Virus record (IMG/VR): IMGVR_UViG_3300028027_000062
Span: 1-63,614 of that record
Direction: 5' to 3' (one strand)
Source of the DNA: a virus
Lineage: Duplodnaviria; Caudoviricetes
DNA: 63,614 nt
The notes below the pieces were generated by a model. The model did not search any database. It saw only the letters and a program-made list of their open reading frames with translations, and was not told where the DNA came from. Each line of letters begins with the position of its first letter. Position 1 is the first letter of the stretch. Positions 56,872 through 63,614 of the stretch are shown piece by piece. The translations under genes were made by a program, and so were the position numbers.

Positions 56872-57181
56872 CTTTATAATTACAATAAGCCAACTTACTA
56901 TACCCAATTAAGTCTACAAAACTATCTTCTATACTCTCATTATTAGGTACTTTATTATTATTAATCAAGTTAGTAAGACGAGCTATCTTAAGTACACACA
57001 TAAATAGTGCATAGTTAGTAGGATTACCTACATCAATATTAAGTGCCTTAGCAGCACTACTAACTTGTTTAAAGTTAGATAATACATCTTCAGTAGCATA
57101 GTCCTCACCTTTACTCTCAAGAACTTCAAATAGTTTATAATCTAAAGACTCTATTAAATCTCTCTGTTCAAATATCTGCAT
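56858..57181 (-). CDS. Nucleotide-modification-associated helical protein (DUF1599/Nmad1-like)
   Basis: K..DY...SNF...KIARL...ESIEDSFVDLIGY. Confidence 0.65.
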   Translation of the reverse strand: MQIFEQRDLIESLDYKLFEVLESKGEDYATEDVLSNFKQVSSAAKALNIDVGNPTNYALFMCVLKIARLTNLINNNKVPNNESIEDSFVDLIGYSKLAYCNYKDDEK

Positions 57182-57419
57182 CTAATTTTTCAATTTTATA
57201 AGTACTATAAGTAGTCTTAAATATACCTTCTTCATTTAAAGGTTCTGTAACTATAGATGTATGTAGATAATCCCACATCTTTCTACCTTTAATAAGAAAT
57301 CTTTCTCCTACTGTTGGAGGAGTATCATACTCTCCTATAATAGAGTAGCCTTCATCAATACCATTAGGATGATTACCATCAAAAGCATCATCCTTTAACT
57401 TAGTTACTTTAACTCTCAT
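57168..57419 (-). CDS. Hypothetical protein
   Basis: 83-aa ORF with HPNGI.EG, P.VGERF and FKT..STY. Confidence 0.75.
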   Translation of the reverse strand: MRVKVTKLKDDAFDGNHPNGIDEGYSIIGEYDTPPTVGERFLIKGRKMWDYLHTSIVTEPLNEEGIFKTTYSTYKIEKLDADI

Positions 57420-57422
57420 AAT

Positions 57423-57908
57423 TTATTTAAGATCTGACCAATCTGGTTCAAAGAAGTTAATACCTTTAAGAACTTTATTATCTACAGTTCTCTTAATAAT
57501 AAACTTACCATCAGGTAACTGAGTATAGTAAGTAGATATTTCTTTATCTGTATAAGCTTTAACACTCCTTACAGCTTCTTCTTCAGTAAGACAAAGTTTA
57601 CTCATATTACTTTTATAAACTCTATCAATAAGCATCTCAGGATCTAATCCATGAATCATAGCTGCTTGAGTAACTACAAAGTATAAATCTCCAATAGCAT
57701 CTGCTATCTTTGCAAGATTAGGTTTATAATTAAACCAATTGCTGTGTGGATCTGAATCTGGATATATTGCTGTGTTTAATTCTAATAATTCTTCTTTAAT
57801 AAGATTATAAGCTAAAATAGCTTCCTTTTCAGTAGTTACTTGTGGAGTATCTCTATTTGGTAATCCAAATGTTTCTCTCCAATGTTTTATCTTATTTATT
57901 CCAGTCAT
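57423..57908 (-). CDS. MazG-like NTP pyrophosphohydrolase
   Basis: LIKEELLE, IADAIGDLYFV, V..SNMSK, KVLKG.NFFEP. Confidence 0.85.
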   Translation of the reverse strand: MTGINKIKHWRETFGLPNRDTPQVTTEKEAILAYNLIKEELLELNTAIYPDSDPHSNWFNYKPNLAKIADAIGDLYFVVTQAAMIHGLDPEMLIDRVYKSNMSKLCLTEEEAVRSVKAYTDKEISTYYTQLPDGKFIIKRTVDNKVLKGINFFEPDWSDLK

Positions 57909-58302
57909 TTTTTAATCTGTTTTCTAATTCATAAATAAATATTAAATGATAAGCTACCCATTGATTACTTGCAGTAGCTTTATTCTCTGCAAGATTTTCA
58001 GTAAAGTATCTAAGGATACCTGCAATGTGAGGAGTACTAAGATCTTTAAGAGGCTTATAAATAGTCTCAGGAAGCTTATTATTAAACTCATCATAGTTCT
58101 GTCCCCATATAAAGACTTCTCTTATCTCAGGCATCAAATCATAAATAGTACTCTCCTTTAAGTTACCTACAACTCTAGTATAATAATGAAAGCCACCATC
58201 TATTAAGATAAAGTTACCTTCATCATCAGTATCTTCCTTAAAATCATGTCTATGGAAAGAAAATAACTTTCCATTTTTATTCTCTACATATCTTATTCTC
58301 AT
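57892..58302 (-). CDS. Hypothetical protein
   Basis: 136-aa ORF in the operon; IDGG..Y.R and LKDLSTPHI motifs. Confidence 0.75.
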   Translation of the reverse strand: MRIRYVENKNGKLFSFHRHDFKEDTDDEGNFILIDGGFHYYTRVVGNLKESTIYDLMPEIREVFIWGQNYDEFNNKLPETIYKPLKDLSTPHIAGILRYFTENLAENKATASNQWVAYHLIFIYELENRLKNDWNK

Positions 58303-58321
58303 TTTGTTATTATTTTATAAG

Positions 58322-58356
58322 GTGGAGAAAGTGGATAGAACATCCACTTTAACCAC
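58322..58356 (-). terminator. Hairpin downstream of nrdJ
   Basis: aaagtggat-agaac-atccacttt at 58328-58350, with an outer gtgg/ccac extension. Confidence 0.55.
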
Positions 58357-58368
58357 ATAATTTCATCA

Positions 58369-60219
58369 CTAGACAATTTGGCAACCATCAGCTCCACAAG
58401 CTACCTCACCTTTTAGATCTGTAGTATCTTCCATCTCTATTACCTTAGAAAGATCTATAGAGTGTAGATGTTTTACCATCTCCTCATACTGCTCTTCAGT
58501 AATATCCTCAAAAGGAGCTTGGCTATAAGTACCTCCAAAGAAAGGTAGTACAGACAAACCATTATAAGATTCTTTATTATCCCACATCCATTCTCCAACA
58601 GATTTCCACTCATTCTCTTGAATGGTAATAGTTGCAGATACATTATGAGTATTATCTCCTGATCTATGACCAGCTCTAACCCACTCATTAGAAATCTTTT
58701 TTACTCTCTCAAGTAATTCCAGAGCACTCTCATGTCTAGTAACTGCACCTTCAGGAGCTTTAATAGGAATCTCTACTACTGCAGAGTTTGGAAGTAATAG
58801 ATGATCTGCAATAAGTTCTGGATGATTAATCTTTAAGTAAGTATAAAGAGCCTCATTCTTAGTCATCTGCATCCTTCTAATATAATAATCATTATGCCAA
58901 GCATGTATACCAGAGCTTGTACCAAGTACACAAGATGTAGTACCAGATGGTTTAACACAAGTAGTTCTAGCTGCTTTATTAATACCTATAATCTTAGATA
59001 TATACTCATTAGTATCTTTAACTAGAGCAGCAACTTCTTCCATATTATATCTCATAACTTCCATAGAAGCTATACCAGTCATACCTACACCAATTAGTGC
59101 ATCTTTCTCAGTAGTCTTCTTCCAGATAGGTCTGAGATAATGAAAGTCTGTAAATCCTGCTTGTAAGGTTCCAAAGAATGAAGCTACAATAGCTCTATCT
59201 TTAAAATCATCCTCAGAGGATACATCAGATACATTAACCTCACATAGATTACAGAACTGATAAGGTCTTAGTGCAATCTCACAACAAGGATTAGTTCCCC
59301 AATCAGGATTATTACTAAAGTAAAATCCAGGTTCACCACTACCAGATAGTTCTATCTTCTTCCAAAGATCTAAGAAGAACTCCTTAGTAATCTTATGTCT
59401 AATAAGAACTGCAGAGTTATTAGCTCTACCTCTTTGTGGATTAGTTTCCCACCAACTACCAAACTTACAAGTAAGCATATCCTCATCATCAGCAGAGAAC
59501 AAACTTATTAAAGCTGCTCTGCGAATTCCACCTGCTAGAACTGAGTCTGCAATATGACAGATAATATCATGTACTTCTAAGGAAGTAAGTTTATCACCAT
59601 TGTTCTTTCTATCTAAGATTTGTCCAATCTTAAATAAACACTCCTTAAGTGGCTCAGGACCAGGAGCTTTACCACCAGCAGTAATAAGACGAGTTCCCTT
59701 AGCTCTAATATCTGAGAAATCAAATACAGGCATAGTAGTTCTCTCTCCCATATAAGCAGCTACAAGATGTCTTACTGCATCAGCCCATCCCTCAATACTA
59801 TCTCCAACAAGATACTTTTGAAACTTAGTAGGTTTATGAATCTCAGGAAGCTTCTCAATATGGGCTTTCTGTACAGAGTAACCTACTCCAGTTCCTCCAA
59901 GAAGAAGAAACATAGTCTCAGAGAATGCTCTATAATCATCAATAGGTAAATAGCAACAATTATAAATCCTTGCTTCATTCTTCTTAATAGCTTCACCAGC
60001 AAACTGTAAAGCTCTCATAGAAGGAAGTACTTTCTTCTCATAAAGATATACTGCATTATCATCAATATCTTTAATTAAAGAAGGATACTTTTCCTTCATC
60101 ATACTTACATATCTCTGTATAATCTCAGGATATGTTTCCCTTCTATTCTCAGAAGGCAGATACTTAGCATATTTATTGAATACTACAATATCTGATAATA
60201 TTTCTAAACCAATATTCAT
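58369..60219 (-). CDS. nrdJ: Class II (adenosylcobalamin-dependent) ribonucleotide reductase
   Basis: LPSMRAL, YNCC, GTGVGYSV, GGIRRAA, TNPCCEI, TTCVKPSGT and C-terminal CxxxxC. No small subunit gene adjacent. Confidence 0.92.
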   Translation of the reverse strand: MNIGLEILSDIVVFNKYAKYLPSENRRETYPEIIQRYVSMMKEKYPSLIKDIDDNAVYLYEKKVLPSMRALQFAGEAIKKNEARIYNCCYLPIDDYRAFSETMFLLLGGTGVGYSVQKAHIEKLPEIHKPTKFQKYLVGDSIEGWADAVRHLVAAYMGERTTMPVFDFSDIRAKGTRLITAGGKAPGPEPLKECLFKIGQILDRKNNGDKLTSLEVHDIICHIADSVLAGGIRRAALISLFSADDEDMLTCKFGSWWETNPQRGRANNSAVLIRHKITKEFFLDLWKKIELSGSGEPGFYFSNNPDWGTNPCCEIALRPYQFCNLCEVNVSDVSSEDDFKDRAIVASFFGTLQAGFTDFHYLRPIWKKTTEKDALIGVGMTGIASMEVMRYNMEEVAALVKDTNEYISKIIGINKAARTTCVKPSGTTSCVLGTSSGIHAWHNDYYIRRMQMTKNEALYTYLKINHPELIADHLLLPNSAVVEIPIKAPEGAVTRHESALELLERVKKISNEWVRAGHRSGDNTHNVSATITIQENEWKSVGEWMWDNKESYNGLSVLPFFGGTYSQAPFEDITEEQYEEMVKHLHSIDLSKVIEMEDTTDLKGEVACGADGCQIV

Positions 60220-60221
60220 TC

Positions 60222-60449
60222 TTAACTTATTAAACTTTCAAAACTTAAATCATGCTTCTCCAAGAGATCATTAAACTCTCTTCTAAGGTCTTCTATACTA
60301 ATATCAGGATTCTCAGAGTATGCATCTTTATTTCTTATAAATCTGTCCAAATCCCATAAACATAAAGCCATATCTAAAGCTTTAACGCATCTAAAATGAG
60401 CCTGAATATCATCAGGCTCATCTAGATTAAACTTTAATTCTGCTGTCAT
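60222..60449 (-). CDS. Hypothetical phage protein
   Basis: MTAELKFNL...KALDMALCLW; ATG 60449 is the likely start. Confidence 0.75.
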   Translation of the reverse strand: MTAELKFNLDEPDDIQAHFRCVKALDMALCLWDLDRFIRNKDAYSENPDISIEDLRREFNDLLEKHDLSFESLIS

Positions 60450-60450
60450 A

Positions 60451-60780
60451 TTAAAATATCCACTTCTTAAACCAAGTAGCAAAGAATCCTGGAGTTTTAG
60501 TAGGTGTTTCTTCTTTTACTTCTTGTTCAGCAGTAGGTATATAATACTCTTCTAAAGCCTTCTCAAAAGCTGCTACTTTTTCTTTGTAAGTATCAACATC
60601 AAAATCTGCTCCTACCTCAACTACTTCTGTAACTACCTGTTCTTGTGGAGCATTAAGTTCTGCAGTTTGAGTATGCTTCCTTCTTCTACTGTTATTCATA
60701 ATTATCTTATTTTCTTTAGGCTGCAAAGATAACCATTCCTCTTTAGAAATAAATTTTCCTTTAGAATTTCTGTAACTCAT
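60451..60780 (-). CDS. Hypothetical protein
   Basis: 109 aa; starts RNSKGKF and ends in an amphipathic GFFATWFKKWIF tail. Confidence 0.7.
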   Translation of the reverse strand: MSYRNSKGKFISKEEWLSLQPKENKIIMNNSRRRKHTQTAELNAPQEQVVTEVVEVGADFDVDTYKEKVAAFEKALEEYYIPTAEQEVKEETPTKTPGFFATWFKKWIF

Positions 60781-61190
60781 TCTACAGTGTATTTAGTGTT
60801 GTTAACAATTAAATATTGTATTTTCCTATTATTAACATTCTTGATAGTCTTACTATCTAAATCAAATACTTTAGAGTATCCAAACTCCTCATCAGCAGAT
60901 ACAAAGAAACCTCTGATAGTTCTTTCTTCTTTATCAATCTTTAGAAAATTAACCTCAAATACACTCTTAGTACGCTGTAATGTATGAATTATAGCACCTA
61001 AAGCTGTCTTTACTTCTTGATTAAAAGTACTAGAGTTAGTACAGTAATTTGTAAACATAGAAGAGTCCTCTATATAGAACTCCCTACCCTCCATATCTAT
61101 ACACTTAAATACTTCTACATCTTCCTTCTTTTGCTTAGCAATAACTTTAAATAAAAGTCTACTGCTATGCCATCCATTCATGCTAATCAT
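60777..61190 (-). CDS. Hypothetical protein (possible Sm/WYL-like C-terminal domain)
   Basis: FEVNFLKIDKEERTIRG...VFDLD pattern. Confidence 0.65.
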   Translation of the reverse strand: MISMNGWHSSRLLFKVIAKQKKEDVEVFKCIDMEGREFYIEDSSMFTNYCTNSSTFNQEVKTALGAIIHTLQRTKSVFEVNFLKIDKEERTIRGFFVSADEEFGYSKVFDLDSKTIKNVNNRKIQYLIVNNTKYTVE

Positions 61191-61414
61191 AATTTCTCAA
61201 TTTCTTGTTTGACTTCTTCCCAATGCTCTATAATGCCTATGTATTGCATTCCATAGCCCTCAGTAGGCAAGTGGTTTAATTGTTCAAGTAGCTTATTAAC
61301 AGCTATTAATGCACATTGCTTGGCGTTTTCTTCAGAATTACATTCTCTACAAGTAAATGTAAAATCCTCTACCAATTCTTTTGCTTTCTCTTTAGGACTA
61401 ATCTCCATACTCAT
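61187..61414 (-). CDS. Small conserved phage protein
   Basis: PKEKAKELV...AKQCALIAV...WEEVKQEIEKL recalls Flavobacteriia phage proteins. Confidence 0.75.
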   Translation of the reverse strand: MSMEISPKEKAKELVEDFTFTCRECNSEENAKQCALIAVNKLLEQLNHLPTEGYGMQYIGIIEHWEEVKQEIEKL

Positions 61415-62048
61415 TAGCTAAAATTTTACCTACCAAATCACTTCTGTGGTTATGTTTAAGTTTTATCCACTCTATACCCTCTATACTCTTAGATAACTCA
61501 ATAGCATAAGATAAACCATTAAATGTTTCTCTGATATCTTGTTGCTCAAGGTCTCCATTAATGATAATCTTACCTGTCTTACCAAGTCTAGTAAGAATAG
61601 CAAGCATCTCATGTTTATTTAAGTTTTGAGCTTCCTCAACAACAAGTACATCATCAATAGTTTTACCTCTAATAAATTGTACAGGATAAGCTGTAATCTT
61701 CTTATCCTTAACCAACTCACTAATCTTTAGTTTATCATAACACTTCTCTAAGTTTTCTCTGAAAGCTTCCAAATAGGGATTGAATTTCTCTTCTAAATCT
61801 CCAGGAAGAAATCCTAATGAATTTCCTACCTCAACTGCTGCTCTAGTAACAAATATATGAGAGCATTGTTTCTTCATTAAGAAGTCTAATGCTACTTGTG
61901 CACATATTAGAGACTTACCACTACCTGCTCTACCTGTTACTATAACAATTTGATTGTTGATAATAAGTTGTTTAGCAATCTTTTGTTCTTCATTAAGAGT
62001 TACATTATACTTAATGTCATTCTTTCTTTCCCTATTTGGTTCTTTCAT
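61398..62048 (-). CDS. phoH: PhoH-family ATPase
   Basis: GRAGSGKS, LGFLPG, FIRG.T, EEAQN, LTRLG, GD..Q.D, HRS.LV. Confidence 0.93.
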   Translation of the reverse strand: MKEPNRERKNDIKYNVTLNEEQKIAKQLIINNQIVIVTGRAGSGKSLICAQVALDFLMKKQCSHIFVTRAAVEVGNSLGFLPGDLEEKFNPYLEAFRENLEKCYDKLKISELVKDKKITAYPVQFIRGKTIDDVLVVEEAQNLNKHEMLAILTRLGKTGKIIINGDLEQQDIRETFNGLSYAIELSKSIEGIEWIKLKHNHRSDLVGKILANEYGD

Positions 62049-62054
62049 ATTTTT

Positions 62055-62993
62055 TTAAATATTAATTAAATAACTATTATTATACTCCTCAAGAGTATAA
62101 TTCCACTCATTTTTCTCCATATGCCACTTAATTCTTTTTAAAAGATTGTTATACTCTATCTCTCCTCTATCAATTTGAGTATCAGAAATCTTATAACAAT
62201 GTCTTGTAAAGAATTGAGTATCAACTACCGGCATATAACAAGAGAAAGAATAATCTGGAAATACTGTAGATAATGCAAGTTTATAGAAAGCCATCTGTCT
62301 GTAGTACTTCCAGAACTCAAAACTCTCTGGAAAGAACTGTGCTCTCTTAGATGTAGTCTTTAAATCTACAAGTACACAATACTTCTCCTTATGGTTTATA
62401 ATAACTCTATCAAGTCTACTTTTACAAGGTATATCTAAGTACTCAAAGTATATCTCATACTCATTAAATATCTCACAATTATTCCAGTCTTGAAAGAGAT
62501 ACTTAGTACAAGCAGCATGAGATCTAAGAGCATTAACACATCCTTCTATAACTCCTTTCTGCTCTCTAGTCATAAACTGCTTACCTTGATTAAGTTCCAG
62601 TTCTGCTATATACTCATAAATAGTACTTTTCTTAAGTGTATTTAGAAGAGTCTCATCTTTATAGTTATTATAATAAGATGCTAATCTTGCAGCCTTAATA
62701 AGAACTTCATCCTGAGTTTCAACAAGATGAGAATCCTTAATCTGAAAGTATTGTGTAACTACATTACACAAACTCTCATTAGGTTTAGCTACCTCTGATA
62801 CTACAAACTTTTCAGGACTCTCACAATACAGGTGTAGCAGACTTCCGTTTTCTAGACTTGGACTTGGAGCTAGTTTCTGTATTGTTCCCTCCAGATACAT
62901 CTGAAATAACTTTGGACTTCCTCCTTGCTCTGGGTTTATCAGGGATAGAGTGCTGTTGGCTATCTCCCTCCTCTCGTAATAATTGGTTTCCAT
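62055..62993 (-). CDS. PD-(D/E)xK exonuclease (RecE/ExoVIII-like)
   Basis: S.LS, GSLLH, E.EIYF, CKSRLD, VDLKTT, YYRQMAFY. Confidence 0.88.
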   Translation of the reverse strand: METNYYERREIANSTLSLINPEQGGSPKLFQMYLEGTIQKLAPSPSLENGSLLHLYCESPEKFVVSEVAKPNESLCNVVTQYFQIKDSHLVETQDEVLIKAARLASYYNNYKDETLLNTLKKSTIYEYIAELELNQGKQFMTREQKGVIEGCVNALRSHAACTKYLFQDWNNCEIFNEYEIYFEYLDIPCKSRLDRVIINHKEKYCVLVDLKTTSKRAQFFPESFEFWKYYRQMAFYKLALSTVFPDYSFSCYMPVVDTQFFTRHCYKISDTQIDRGEIEYNNLLKRIKWHMEKNEWNYTLEEYNNSYLINI

Positions 62994-63614
62994 ATATTTT
63001 TTTAATTACTATTTTAGAATAACATTCATGTTTACCATGAAAAGTTAATTTTGGTAAATATTTATTTTGTTTATTCTCTTTTTGCAACTGTTTTTCAAGA
63101 GTACATATTTCAAAACACTCTCCTTTAATAATTTTTATAACTTTCCATTGATAGGGCATTATTAAATTATTAGTCTTAATATTTCTAAATCTGTTTTCAA
63201 CAGTTAAAAAAGTTCTACCAATTTTATAAAATTTTTCAGTTGTTTTTTCATCCCAACATTCAATTATATATACTTTAAAACTATCAAAATTTTTGCTAAT
63301 ATCTGCTTTCTTTTTCCAATCTCCCCATTTCCAACCTCCATTATTTTGCATTTTAAAGTCATGAACACATTTTTTACATCCTGCACCTTGTAAATGATTG
63401 GAAGGAATAGCTTCAAATTCTCCGTGTATAGGACAAATAACTTTTATTTTATTTTTATCACCTTGATAATAAGTTAAAGAATAATTATATTTATTTTTAT
63501 GTACACTTGAAGCATGTTTTATAAAATATTCTGTTTTATTTATTGCAGTTTTTATACTAGGAGCAAACCCACGAATTAAACTTTCAGCTATTACATTACA
63601 AATACCATATTTAG
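62821..63614 (-). CDS. Homing endonuclease-like protein (DUF723-like zinc ribbon plus GIY-YIG-like domain), 5' end outside the window
   Basis: The frame stays open upstream of 63351 to the edge (KYNYS...ICPIHGEF...NHLQGAGCKKC), then VYII...FYKIGRT...RF...LE. Confidence 0.75.
   Translation of the reverse strand, partial: KYGICNVIAESLIRGFAPSIKTAINKTEYFIKHASSVHKNKYNYSLTYYQGDKNKIKVICPIHGEFEAIPSNHLQGAGCKKCVHDFKMQNNGGWKWGDWKKKADISKNFDSFKVYIIECWDEKTTEKFYKIGRTFLTVENRFRNIKTNNLIMPYQWKVIKIIKGECFEICTLEKQLQKENKQNKYLPKLTFHGKHECYSKIVIKKIYGNQLLREEGDSQQHSIPDKPRARRKSKVISDVSGGNNTETSSKSKSRKRKSATPVL

Noticed and set aside
4154-60219. Introns or inteins in terL, MCP, RNAP or nrdJ
   Set aside because: Each gene is one continuous ORF with motifs in the expected order, and I saw no intein splice motifs. 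The HNH genes are free-standing.
2782-60987. The many 60-111-aa alternate-frame and antisense ORFs in the track (e.g. 5769-5972, 8098-8367, 32077-32391, 53059-53352)
   Set aside because: They are nested in long genes and have the Leu/Ile/Phe/Ser-rich composition expected from shadow frames of AT-rich coding DNA.
1-63614. Stop-codon reassignment (TAG or TGA), known in some crAss-like phages
   Set aside because: Genes up to 12 kb are open and tightly packed under the standard code, and TAG and TGA serve as real stops.
1-63614. CRISPR array, tRNA or rRNA genes
   Set aside because: No regularly spaced direct repeats or cloverleaf/T-loop signatures seen. Intergenic gaps are mostly too short.
1-63614. 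TAnnTTTG matches inside coding regions
   Set aside because: Expected by chance in AT-rich DNA. Only copies in intergenic gaps or immediately before gene starts were reported.

Overview
This window is about 63.6 kb of an AT-rich, CpG-poor phage genome. Gene content and order point to a crAss-like phage (Crassvirales-type podovirus), probably infecting a Bacteroidota host. It uses the standard genetic code. The plus strand (~1.6-56.2 kb) carries the late/virion module: HU/IHF-like proteins, HNH, terminase, portal, scaffold-like protein, major capsid, ring/tail-tube and muzzle proteins, a mosaic cluster of internal cargo proteins, a 4069-aa virion RNA polymerase polyprotein, ferritin, a lysis cassette (CHAP endolysin, unimolecular-spanin-like protein, holin), a glycosyltransferase-like gene and tail fibre genes. 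The minus strand (56.2-63.6 kb) carries nucleotide metabolism and recombination genes (thyX, MazG-like, class II RNR, phoH, PD-(D/E)xK exonuclease, homing endonuclease). Three signals stand out. (1) Five basic virion-region proteins are built from swappable modules joined by a recurring [YFAK]xxG[TSAN][KN]x[LIV] motif, and this cassette appears to interrupt one conserved cargo domain. (2) A CGTATAA element recurs upstream of late genes despite strong CG depletion, and is a candidate phage late promoter. (3) Two promoter-plus-terminator bounded small-RNA candidates lie at the left end. All family assignments come from motif recognition by eye; no searches were run.
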